A stretch of 64,000 bases of DNA, taken from Basidiobolus meristosporus CBS 931.73. Taxonomy: Eukaryota > Fungi > Basidiobolomycota. Positions 50,855 to 62,811 of the stretch are shown here, piece after piece. The stretch's first letter is position 1; the number at the start of each line of letters is the position of its first letter. A program made the position numbers and the translations under genes. Location of the stretch: positions 25,113 to 89,112 of the forward strand of contig MCFE01000349.1 in assembly GCA_002104905.1 (NCBI GenBank), given 5' to 3'. Under the pieces are notes generated by a model. That model was not told where the DNA came from. It was given only the letters and a program-made list of their open reading frames with translations, and searched no databases.

Positions 50855-53262
50855 TTAGCAAGAGTCACTTGCCTCTTCATCGCCGTCATGCACTAAGGTT
50901 ACTGAAACAAAGAGGTTACTTGGAGTGGTTACGCCAAAAGGTTGCCAGCAAAACTTACTTGAATTGAAGTTGATAAACGGGTTGTTCCCGTTGTCATCAA
51001 CAACCAGCTCATCGTTCTCCATGTCTAAGGAGGTGCTTTCCATGATTTTTCTGAAGTTCCCGGTGTCTAGGTTTCCGTTGACTCTCGGGATAATCGGAGG
51101 GGTGGTGTGTCGTAGCAATGCCCAGTTAACATTCTTGAAGAAGGGGTGCGCCTTCACATCAGAAGCACCAGCCTTGCTTCCTAGGCGCTTGTTCTCATCT
51201 TTGTTCAAGAGTTTTCTGATCAGGCTTTTACAATCCCTGTGTCGTTTGTGATAAGAATTAGGTTCGAGATGGGCCGAGAAAAAGACTTGCTATGCAAATA
51301 AAAACCTTGACACCTGAGGGGGCAAAGCAAAAATTAGTAACCGTCACTTGATGCCGCCATCACAAATCATACGCACTTGTTGAGAATGGGGATGTTGTGG
51401 GTAGTTGACCTCTTTCTTCAGGATATTGGAAAATGTGGCGTTACGGTTAGGGCCTTTGAAAGGTGTCGTGCCAAACTATAGAGGAGGTTAGATACAGAGA
51501 AGGTCACCTCAGGCTGCAGAAAGTTACCAACCAACATCTCATATAGCAGAATACCAAGGGTCCACCAATCCACTGCACTGGTGTGTCCATTCCCTTGTAT
51601 GACTACATATCATCAAATTACAATCGATTCACCGCCGCTTAACGCTGAGGGAAATTACCTTCAGGTGCAATGTACTCTACAAAACATGATACAGATCAGT
51701 TCCTGCGAGGTGCCCGGGTGCTAACAAAACCACGCCCTACCTTCGGTTCCTACAAATGAGTTGGTTCTCATGTTTCCGATGCAGCTCTTGGTATCAATGC
51801 AGGGCGCCTGGGCATTATTACGCATCTAGCAAAGGCAACGTCAGTAACGAGATGGCATCCGAAAGCAAGAGAACGAGCCCTACCGAAAAGGGTGAATTCG
51901 TGGGTTTAAAGACTCCAGGAAGGGTTGTGATTGCAGATTGCTTTGAAAGATCGAAGTCTAGAGATTCGGTGAGGATATGGAAGCGCGCAATCGGAGGGGG
52001 CAAGGCGTACCTGTAAGCATGATGTGGCCACTGGCATGCAAAAGAATGTCTACAACAATGATGAGCATGGGCAGTCAAGAAAAAGTGCACATTCGGGACT
52101 TACTCTCTGGTTTCAGGTCACGGTAGATAAAGCCCATCAAATGAAGGTACTCGAGAGCTCGATTGAGGGTAAGGCGTCAGTCCCTACTATGGGTTTTCAA
52201 CATACGACCAACTCACCACATGTTACTTCGGCTGCATAAAATTTGGCGTCTTCTTCTGATAGGCATTTCCCGGGTCTGGATTGCAAAGCTGCACCAGCTC
52301 GACCATCAGTAACGACGCAGAGCAAGGAACCATAATACCACCATACCTCTGAAAAACTCTCCACCCACGCAGTATTCCATACAGAAATAAAGGTAATCTT
52401 CGCTTTGAAAAGAATGGTACAGCGTCATGATAAAGGGATGATTGGCGGAGGCTAGAATTTCCTATTGGTTTTCGAAAATGAATACAGGCTCGGCGTTGCG
52501 GGCAGACCCAGGAGATTAGCATACCTGTTCAGCCAGAGCTCGCTTCACTTTCTTTCGCTTGATCATCTCCTTCTTTGAAAGGACTACAAACCAATTAAAA
52601 AACGGCCATCTGAATACACTTCGCTAGAATAACAAACCTTTCATGGCGAATAATTTGTCCGAGTTTTTTTGTCTAACGAGGTATACCTTGCCTACATCTC
52701 CTTTTCCAAGTAGCTTCAATTTGATGAAGCTACTGGGCTCCACCACTACTGATTTTACTTTGATGGAGCTGGAAGAATATGTTCTGCGTACAGTGTTCAT
52801 TTTTGAAGAGACGCTGTTCGTTTTTGGTCGCCCCTGCCTCATGGTTGCTTTGCTTTTGCTACTAAGATCAACAGCTTCCGAACGACAGCGGCGTAAAACC
52901 TTTTCATCTTTGTTACCTCCCTCTATCACGCTTGGTAAAGACATTTGAGGCGACATTGCACCCAAGCTGGATTTGGCAGAGGTACTTGAGGGGGAGGATG
53001 GGGCGGAGTCTGTAGTTGTGCTCTGTTTATCGCTCGAAAAGCTTTTCTTTGAACCAAGTCGTAAAAAGTTTTTAAACTTTGAAGGTAAGGCGGAGGAATA
53101 AGATGGCGTAGGAGTAGCGATGGAGGTAGTTGAAGGGTTTGAAGAAACGGATTTCACCATATCAGATTCCACCGTTAAAGTGGAAGAATTAAGACCGGCC
53201 TGCGTTCGAAAATCTGACAAGGAATGATACGGCTTTAAGCGAGAAGGGGGTTTGAGATCCAT
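50855..53262 (-). CDS. AGC Ser/Thr kinase of the Nrc-2/Kin82/Fpk1 type, multi-exon
   Basis: [12 protein letters not shown]...[71 protein letters not shown]. Confidence 0.93.
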
Positions 53263-53783
53263 ATTATTGAAAGTAGTGATTCTCCTTGGTGGGTAAAAGG
53301 CTTATTCAATACAGGGATGTTAATCAGCTACCCTGAAGTGACTTGTCCTGGTTGTCACGACAAGAAAATAAGGTATATCAAGTGCGGGTTCACCCTTTAG
53401 AGAAGATGGAGATAATTGCTAGTAATGGATAATAAATGGATAATAAATATAAACATCAATTAGAAATTGGAAATTCCAAAGTATAGCTATTCTTGTAGCA
53501 CGTGTGGATTTATGAACGTTTAACAATTATTTACCCGGAGATAAGTGATTTAACCAAACTGCATAGAATTAAGTGCAGAGTTCTAGGTTTGCATGAGCTA
53601 GTCCCACCCATTTCTCCGTATGTTCACCTCTACCTCTGAGCGCTTTTATCAGCAATTGGATGGCCTTGGAGCACAAATTGAAACCATCGATATTGATATA
53701 CTTTATGACTACAAGGCCCCCAAAATTCCAAACTAGTCGAGTGAGTCTTCCCAGATTTCTGGTTAACCGTGATATAAGTGATA

Positions 53784-53842
53784 GAATGAACTCAAATGAC
53801 CATGATATAAATGATGGAATGAACTCAAATGACCATGATAAA
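53784..53842. repeat. 33-bp direct duplication
   Basis: GAATGAACTCAAATGACCATGATA repeated at 53784 and 53817. Confidence 0.85.
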
Positions 53843-54399
53843 AATAATCAAGAAGTAAGCTAAACGACAGTGTTGATCTGGCGCAACAATGGATTTCCTA
53901 CAGTACACGTATTGCGCGTATGTTTGTTTCTTACAATGTTGATGTGCCAAATAGCCAACACTAAACTTGCTGGACGGACTCCGACTAAAGTGCTCTCCAT
54001 TAGGTGCCCTACGTTTGTTTATCACTAACTTTCGCTAATTGGCTGAGGAGTTCGAACTTTGGTCATGGTATTTCCGAACTCAGTTCCAAGCTTTCCTTAT
54101 CTTGTGTTGCTGGCAGCCTCTATCGCCGGAAGAATACTGATTCTGGGGTAAATATTTCATCCGCATGAGCCAATGTCCGCAAACTCTAATTTTTTTATCC
54201 GTGTCAGCCAATATGCATGAGCTCTAATGCTTGGTTGAAAAATGTCCAAGCTACCGGGTGCTTGGTGATGTCATATGGAGCGCGCGCTTATAAAGCAAAC
54301 TGCTGAATTGTAAATTAGCCAACATAAGGTATAATTCCAAAATTTACCTTTGATTACTATTCTGAGCTCACAGATAATTGTGCTGAAGTTCAAATATTC

Positions 54400-54935
54400 A
54401 TCTCAATCAATCATAAGCCACTATCAACACTTACTAAGAAAGGGGTATTCTATAACTATTACTAATGTTTAACTTCGAGGTTGAATCAAAGGTACTGGGG
54501 GGACAGTAAAGTTTGCACACTGGCTTATTGATTCACTGATTTCAGATATTTTGGCATTCCTGTGGAACTTCATATTAAATACAGCAATAAAAATGCTCCT
54601 TGTGATGGGAATCTGATATTTTCTCCTTGGTTAGGGCTGATAGGGAATCTTCTGGCTTTAGAGTGCACTGGCTTAGGAGACTGTGTTGATGGAAGGGCGG
54701 TTGGCTTTGGATGAGCTTGAGGTGCTTGGGAGTAGGTTTGAGTATCAGTAGCAGGAGTTGCTGGTGGCTGATAGTGTTCAGATTGACTTGAAGAAGAGCT
54801 GATTGAGGAGTTGCAAGGTGAGGATGAAGCTGAAAGTGAAATTTGAGATTTCAACATTGAATTTTCAGCTTCAAGAAGAGAAACTCTTTGTTCTAGGTAA
54901 GAAGATTGTAAACTTTCAGAGTTAAGGTAAAGTCA
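54400..54935 (-). pseudogene. Probable relic of a LINE ORF1 N-terminus
   Basis: CpG-poor frame reading LEQRVSLLEAENSMLKSQI (coiled coil), then an S/P/Q-rich linker with TYSQA, then a frameshifted ...AKISEISESI resembling PISNIRKAL of ORF1 at 63.2 kb. Confidence 0.45.
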
Positions 54936-54941
54936 TGGAAG

Positions 54942-55082
54942 TATTGTAAAAATTTGGAATTCCACATAAATATTCACCTAACTTAGTCACTTAGATTATT
55001 ACCTTCATATCCTAGAGAATACTGACCAAATTCCTTGTCAGGATTTACTTAGAATATTTTCACCAAAATACCAGGTACCCAG
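54942..55082 (+). mobile_element. 5' part of a Copia LTR, interrupted by element D
   Basis: TATTGTAAAAATTTGG...CCAGGTACCCAG, cut off at 55082 by an oppositely oriented LTR. Confidence 0.9.
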
Positions 55083-57248
55083 TGTTGTAAGAGTCTTGGA
55101 GATATTGGAAGTGATTGGGAGAACAAGTAGATTATGTGGTTTTCACTTAATGATTTACTGAATGTAAAAGTAATATTTATACTTTTACCTGGTCTTGGCA
55201 TTACAAACACATAGAGTAGGTTAAGGAAGGTCCCAAGAGCATGTGTGCAACGTTTGTAGCTGTTTGGACATCTTTGAGAATTTTCATGTTCTGGGTACCT
55301 GGTATTTTGGTGAAAATATTCTAAGTAAATCCCGACAAGGAATTTGGTCAGTATTCTCTAGGATTTGAAGGTGATGATCTAAGTGACTAAGTTAGGTGAA
55401 TATTTAGGTGGAATTACAAATTTTTACAACACTCCCACTCAGCTAAATGTTCATACTGACTAGTCCTAATTTTGACCTAAGATATTCAAACTTGTCTCTA
55501 GCTAATGGTTTGGTAAATATGTCTGCAATCATTTCATCTGTAGGACAGTAAGCTAGGCTAACTAAGTTATTCTCTATAGCTTCACGTATGAAATGATGTC
55601 TAATATCTAAGTGCTTGGTTCTAGCATGAAAAGTTGGATTTCTACCTAATTGTATACATCCTTGATTATCTTGAAATAAAGTAATAGGCGTTTTTTGACA
55701 TAGGCCTAAATCTGTAAAGAGTTTTCTTAACCACATTGCTTCTTTTGTAGCTTCACAGGCTGCCATATACTCTGCCTCTGTAGTAGAAAGTGCTATGGTT
55801 GGTTGCTTTCTTGAATTCCATGAAATTGCTCCTTTACAGTAAAGAAAGGTGTATCCTGTGGTGGATCTTCTGTCTTCCAAATTTTGTCCCCAATCAGCAT
55901 CAGAGTATCCCACAAGATCCTGTTCTGAATCCTTATAAGTGTATCTAAAGCAGATATCAGCAGTTCCTTTTAGGTATCTAAAAATCTGCTTAAATGCTGC
56001 AATATGATCAGATCCATAGTTCTGATTATGTTAGCTGACAACTCCCACTGAATATGAGATATCTGGACGTGTTCCAAGCATGATATACATCAGACTGCCG
56101 ACCTTAGATTGATAAGGAAAGTCAGGGCTTTCAGATGGCACCAAGCTCTCTTGATTTGGTTGAGTTTTGACCAAGTTAAGGTTTGTCTCCATTGGGGTAG
56201 CTGCCAGTTTACAGTCTTCCATTTGGTACTTCTTTAGTATATCTTGAATATACTTGGATTGGCTTAGGGTAAGAGTCTGGGTACTTTTGTCTATGGAGAA
56301 CTTAATCCCCAAGTAGTAACTAAGTTCTCCTAAATCAGACATCTTGAACTCCTTAGATAGGCTGGATTTAGTTTCTTCCAATGTTTCTAGGTTATTGGCG
56401 GCTATAATAAGATCATCCACATATAGAGCTTATAGAACTGAATTTGCTCTATCTGGCTTATAGTATATACTATAGTCAGCATTACTTTTTTTGAAACTCA
56501 AGGATTCCAAATAAGAATCTATCTTGCAATTCCAGGCTCTTGGTGATTGTTTGAGACCATATAGTGACTTTTTAAGCTTGCAGACCAAATGGGGGTTATC
56601 TTGGTCAACAAACCCATCAGGCTGGTCCATATACATGTCCTCATCAAGTTCTCCATTCAAAAATGCAGTTTTTACATCCATTTGATGAATAAAAAACTTA
56701 TATTTGGCTGCAATAGCCAATATTAATCTGATGGAATTAAACTTGGCTCCCGGTGCAAAGGTCTCAGTATAGTCAAGTCCTTTTGTTTGAGAGTATCCAT
56801 TGGCTACAAGTCTTGCTTTGTATCTTTCAATTGTACCATGAGCCTTGTATTTTGTCTTGAAGACCCATCTGCATCCAATTGATTTTTGGTTGATTGGTAA
56901 TTTGACCAAGTCCCAAGTTTGATTTTCCATCAGTGCCTGATATTCCTCAGTCATTGCAGATCTCCAAAACTTTGTCTGAGGGCTATTTAGGGCCTCTTTT
57001 ACAGTCTGGGGTTCATCAATATGGACTGAATAGGCATAGGCTCAGTTTGTACCCTCATTGATATAGTAATTTGGGCTATTTCTTGTTTGATTTGATCTCC
57101 GGGCATTTGATACTGGAATGATCACTTCTGGGATATTCCTGGGCACTAATTCTGGCTGAACCATGGTTGTAGAGTCCTCTGGAGTGAAAAAATTTTCATT
57201 GTTTTGCTCTGATTCAATCCTGACAATTGGTGGACTTGAGATCAAATT

Positions 57249-57597
57249 TGTTGTAAAAATTTGTATTTCCACCTAAATATTGACCTAACTTAGTCACTTA
57301 GATCATCACCTTCAAATCCTAGAGAATATTGACCAAATTCCTTGTTGGGATTTACTTAGAATATTTTCACCAAAATACCAGGTACCCAGAACATGAAAAT
57401 TCTCAAAGATGTCCAAACAGCCTCAAACTTTGCACACATGTTCTTGGGACCTTCCTTAACCTATTCTACGTGTTTGTAATGCCAAGACCAGGTAAAAGTA
57501 TAAATACTACTTTTACATTCAATAAATCATCAAGTGAAAACCACATAATCTACTTGTTCTCCCCATCATTTCCAATATCTCCAAGACTCTTGCAACA
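57249..57597 (+). mobile_element. Solo LTR in antisense inside element D, TSD AAATT
   Basis: TGTTG...CAACA, with AAATT at 57244-57248 and 57598-57602. Confidence 0.93.
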
Positions 57598-58849
57598 AAA
57601 TTTTTATCATCATCTGATGTCATTTTTATGAGAATTTTGAATTTTCATCAAACAACACATCCCTGCACTTGATAAGCTTCTTTGCTTTGGTATTGTAGAG
57701 TCTGTATGCCTTACTCTCATTGCAGTAGTCCAAAAATATGCATTTTAAACTTTTTGGCTCAAATTTTGACTGATATCCGGGCAGTTTTTTGGCATATGCT
57801 GTACACCCAAATATTCTTAGATGTTCTGCACTTGGTCTGTATCCATACCATGCTTCAAATGGAGTAGAATCACAAAGTATTCTGTTATAACTCCTATTTT
57901 TAAGATATACAGCAGTGGCAACTGATTCCTCCCAAAAATCATAGGATAATTTTTGATCATGGATCATAGATCTTGCCATATCAATTATTGATCTGTTAGC
58001 TTGTTCTGCTACTCCATTTTGCTGTGGGGAGTATGGTGCAGTAGTCTCTTGCTTTATCCCATGAATTTTGCAGAAGTGGATGAAGAGTTTTGAGGTATAT
58101 TCTCCACCATTGTCAGAGTGTATTTTCTTGATTTTTTCACCAGTTTCTCTCTCTACCATGGCTTTAAACTCCCTGAACTTAGACAGAGCTTCTTCCTTTC
58201 TCTCCATAAAGTAGACCCATGTGTATCTTGTATAATCATCAATAAAAGTGATTAAATACTTGATCCTGCCTAAGGATAAATTTTGCATAGGTCCACACAG
58301 ATCTGAGTGAATTAGATCAAATTTTTCTTAGTTTTGATTAACCCAGAGCTCTTGAACGGTTGTCTGGCTTGTTTCCCATATATGCAGGCTTCACAGTGCT
58401 CCAGATTAGCTGGGGGATCAATTTTCACTCCAGAAATTAGCTGATCTTTGATCATTTTGCGCAAATAATCAAAATTGATGTGCCCAAATCTCCTGTGCCA
58501 AAGCATTGGTGTTTCTTCATTTAAGTTACTTATATTGGCTTCCAGATATGATGGAATATAAGTCAACTTATATAGATTCTGATCTCTGATGCCCGAAGCA
58601 ATATGAGCACCATTTGGATCAGTGATCCTGCGTCCAGAATTGTCAAAACTGAAACTGAGTCCTTCTGCTGTGGCCTTGCTTACAGAGAGTAGGTTCTTGG
58701 CTATTTCTGGTACATAGAGTACTTCTTTAAAGGTCAGTGTATGGCTTCCCTCACTGCTTCTAAGGTTTACTTGGATGGTTCCTTCTCCCACTGCATCAAG
58801 TGTTCTATTGTCACCCATGAAAACCTTCTTAATTGGAATTTCTTGATAT

Positions 58850-59198
58850 TGTTGAAAAAATTCGTAATTCCACCTAAATATTCACCTAACTTAGTCACTT
58901 ACATCATCACCTTCAAATCCTAGAGAATACTGACCAAATTCCTTGTTGGGATTTACTTAGAATATTTTCACCAAAATACCAGGTACCCAGAACATGAAAA
59001 TTCTCAAAGATGTCCAAACAGCCACAAACTTTGCACACATGTTCTTGGGACCTTCCTTAACCTACTCTATGTGTTTGTAATGCCAAGACCAGGTAAAAGT
59101 ATAAATACTACTTTTACATTCAGTAAATCATTAAGTGAAAACCACATAATCTACTTGTTCTCCAAATCACTTCCAATATCTCCAAGACTCTTACAACA
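58850..59198 (+). mobile_element. Solo LTR in antisense inside element D, TSD GATAT
   Basis: TGTTG...CAACA, with GATAT at 58845-58849 and 59199-59203. Confidence 0.93.
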
Positions 59199-59447
59199 GA
59201 TATTGGGTAAAAAGTTCTTTTTGGTGTGTAAAGTGTTGAGAAGCTCCAGAGTCAATATACCACGTCTGAGAATCCTTGTTTGTGGTCATATTTAGTGCAG
59301 ATATGAATAGTCTATCTTCAGTTGTTGCAGCATTTCCATATTCAGGCTTCTTTTGCTGATAATCTCTCTTTTTGAGACACCGGTCTGATGTGTGTCCTTT
59401 CCTTTTGCAGTAGTTGCAAAATAGGTTGCTGTTGCCTTTGTAGGGTC

Positions 59448-59979
59448 TTAGGGGGAGGAAAGTCACCAAGTGGTGAAATCTTTATTTACTTATGACAAGT
59501 ATCTAAAGAAGCCAAGTTAATCTGAAGTTATTCCTAGAAAGCTAGGTCTGAGAGATATCTTCCTGGTAAGCCAGGTCTGAGAGTTGAGAAGCTGAGTGGT
59601 ACTATATTTCCTAGTTAGCTAGGTCTGAGAGAGGTTTCCTGGAAAGCCAGGCCTGAGAAGTGAGAATCTGAATATATCTGAGCTAAGTTATACTGGTTTG
59701 CGGTAGCTGAATTGTGGCCGGAATGGCCAGTAGACTGGGGGAACTGAGATGAATTTCTGGGCGATCACTGGCCAAATTTACTAGGCAAATCTGGCCAATT
59801 AGCATTTCAAGGATTTCAGCCAATCAGAGCCTTTACTTTGCCCAATGGTTGATCAAGCCATCTCCCAATGAGCACACATCAATTTATTAATCAAATTTTG
59901 TTGGATCCAGGATTTAAACCCACAACCATGGGTATGGAAGGGTTAGGGATAACCACAAGGCTAAGTGTTCTTGGTTGGG
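59448..59979 (-). mobile_element. tRNA-headed SINE-like unit, copy 1 (about 530 bp)
   Basis: Minus strand has an A-box TAGCCTTGTGG (59963-59953) and a B-box GGTTTAAATCC (59920-59910) at tRNA spacing. No ORF. The 3' end is shared with the adjacent LINE, and a second copy lies at 63304-63831. Confidence 0.75.
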
Positions 59980-60042
59980 TTAGGGGGGAGACAGTCACCA
60001 ACAGGTGAAATCTTTATTTCAGTTGAAACAAAGAAGCCAGCG

Positions 60043-62811
60043 CTACTGTTGTAGCTTTGATATAAGAGTGTGTAGCTGAGGGGAATTTGTAGGTAAGTTA
60101 ATAAGAAGTGATGATAGTTCTTCAGTGCTCAAGACACTGTTCAGTGGGAAGGGGGGTAGCAAGAGAGGTAAGAATGACTTGTGAACAACATTAATGAGGG
60201 GAATGTGATAAGGATTGATATTCATCATAAAGGGAGTGTGCTGCTGCAGATATTGCTGCCAAAGGTCTGTCAAGTACTTCAGGTAGGCCAGTTTGGGTTT
60301 TTCTGACTGCAGAATATAGTGAGCAAACTTCTTGACTTCAGGATCTCCAAGTATAGTTCTCCAGCAGGAGTCAGGTGTAGTGTGGTGTGTTCTCTTCCAG
60401 GCCTTAATCAGTGGGTTGTTGCAGTTGTGAAGTCTGAGGTATAATCTGGTTCTAAGGTAGAGAAGTCTGATCTTATAGGGCATAAACCCAAAAGCACCAA
60501 GAATAGCATGTCTGTAGGGGCATTCAGGCAAATGAGGCACCAAGGAGGTAATGCACTATACTGCAAACTTGTCAAGCTTAGTGCAGTCTCTAGAAGTAAG
60601 AGAGAGAAGTGGTAAGCCAAATTCCAGGACAGGGAAGACAAACTGCTTGAGTAGAAGGAGGCAGCTGGGAGCTGAAGTTGTAGGAGGAGTAACAGCCAGT
60701 AGCTTGTGGAGTGCCTGTCTTGCCAGGATAATTCTCTTCTTCAGGTGTGCTCCAGAGTCTAGTCCAGTAGGAAGGAAAGGAAAGCCAAGATATGTAGCAG
60801 AAACCTGAGCAGGTAGAGTGGAGTTCTCCAAGTTGATGGGAGAGCCCAAAGGTACTGTCTTTGCAATGGAAAGCTGGAGATTATTCTTCTGCAGATACTG
60901 GTGGATGGTCTGGGAGTCTTGTTGCACATTGGAGGAGGATAATCTGATGTCATCAGCAAAGAGAGTAACCAGGCAGTCAGCTGAGAGTCTTGGGAAATCA
61001 TTCAGAAAGATGGCAAACAGTATAGGACCAAGCACAGAGCCTTGAACCACTCCATTAGGAACTGAGAACACAGCTGATTGCTCACTTGAGTGCAGAATGC
61101 TTGCTTGTGGATCCAGAAACAGAGACCTGACAAGGAGGGTGAGAGAGGTACTGGAGAAGCATTGCAACTTGGACCAAAGCAGATTTCTGTCAACTGAATC
61201 AAAGGCCTTAGTAATATCAAACAGAACTGAGGGATACTTGCACTGGAGAGAGTGATCTTGGCTAAGTATGACTGCATATTCCAAGGAGAGGCCAGGAACA
61301 AAGCCAAACTGTGCAGGATGAAACTTGAGGGAGTCAGAGTAGAGCTCCTGAGCAAGCAGAAGCTCAAACACCTTTCTGCAGGTAGGCAGCAGAGATATTG
61401 GCCTGTAGGAGCTAGGATCCAGGTGCTTTCCTTTACCCTTGTACAGTGGCAGAACATTTGCAAAGGACCATTCCTCAGGAGTAGAAAGCTGGGCTGAGCA
61501 TTGCTGAAACAGTGGAAGCAGAAGTGCAGACATGGCCTTGGTACTAGTCTTCAGAAGCTCATAAGAGATTGTGTCCACACCTGGAGCAGTAGAGTTGGGA
61601 AGCCTCTTGAGCACATTATGGATTCTCCTTTGATCAAGTGCAAGTGGGATGGGCAGAGTCTTGAAGTCAGGATGAAAGCCAGGAGTTGAGTACTGCTTTG
61701 TAGAGAAGAAGATGTTAGCCAGCTGTTCTGTTGAAGGTAACTTCCTGGAAGAGGGCCTCATTGCCCTGTAGAGTCTTGATACTGTTCTTGTTATAGAGTT
61801 GGAAGATTGCAGAGGCAAAGAACTCATAATATGATCCCAGAGCTGAGTATGCAGAGTGTGGTGAATTGCCTTGGAGTGGTGTATTGCTGTCAGGAGGAGT
61901 TTCTCTGTTTTTGGGTTAGGGAAGCTCAGGTAGCTTTGTTGCAGGGCTGAAACAATGGATTCCCATTTTCTTGAGGTAACAGCAGTAGTCTTGCATGGCA
62001 GTGAGAGGGAGGCAGACACCAGAATCAGATGCTTCACAAAGAGCCAGGCATAGTTGAGATCATCTGGCAGAGAAAGTAGCAAACTGGCAAGCTTCAAGTA
62101 GTTCCCAAAGTCTTTCTTCTGATTCTTGGTAGCTTTGTGGGTGAGCACAGTAAGTTTTGGCAGCTTCTTCTTCACAACTGGTTGCATAGAAAGGGACCAG
62201 GCTGGGTGGTCAGAGGCTCTCAAGGATCCTAGCTCAGCTCCAGAGAATTGCTTAACTTCATTCACAAAGTAGAGGGCAGCAGCAGAACGGCAGATCCAGT
62301 CAACACATCTTTTCTCAGATTGAGCACCTAGTGCTAGCAGGTGGCTTTCTCTCAGGAAGTTCAGTAGGAATGTAGACCTTGGCTTCATTCTTGCAGTCAG
62401 AGTAGTCTTGTTCTCAGGATGGGGAATGTTGAGATCTCCAAGCAAGATAACAGGTGTTGATATAGATTGTTGGTATTGCTGAACCTTCTGGCATATAACT
62501 TGCACTTCCTGAAGGGCAAGACTTGGAGGCAGATAGCAGAGCACCAGACTGATAGTTGGCAACTGGAGAGCAGCACAGTAAGGGGAGTAAAGAGGAACAC
62601 AGAGCTGAGGAGTATTGATGGTAGAAGAGATGAAGCAGATAGAGGAGGTATTCTTTGTTCTAGGAGTAGAAAAGCAATACAGATTAGTCAAAAGTATAGA
62701 GGGTAGCTGGACATCAATCAAACACAGGAGGGAAAATCTTGATAGAAGTCTCTCTAGAGTTGGTCTTGATGGCTGTATGCTGTTGCAGTTAAGCAACAGA
62801 ACTTCAGGTAG
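60043..62811 (-). CDS. LINE ORF2 (APE endonuclease + reverse transcriptase + C-terminal region), one in-frame TAG at 60556-60558
   Basis: APE: LLLNCN, CYLPP, ILLGDLN, CVDW, SDH. RT: APGVDTI, YRPISLLPTCRKVFE, QFGF, FDITKAFDSVDR, GVVQGSVLGPILF, LFADD, YLG. The 166-aa ORF 60043-60543 is in the same frame after the TAG. Confidence 0.93.

Larger units (their letters stand above)
55083..59449 (-). mobile_element. Ty1/Copia element D, 5'-truncated inside gag by the LINE/SINE array
   Basis: 3' LTR 55083-55431, PPT GAGTGGGAG 55432-55440, RNase H 55443-55913, RT 56031-56954. Integrase core ORF 57626-58288 has ITFIDDYTRY, SDNGGEY and QQNGVAE. GAG-pre-integrase, protease and zinc knuckle follow, and homology to copy C ends at 59449. 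Confidence 0.95.

Noticed and set aside
59900-59975. Functional tRNA gene
   Set aside because: A- and B-boxes are present, but the acceptor and anticodon stems do not pair, so it is treated as a SINE head. I saw no convincing tRNA or rRNA gene elsewhere in the window.
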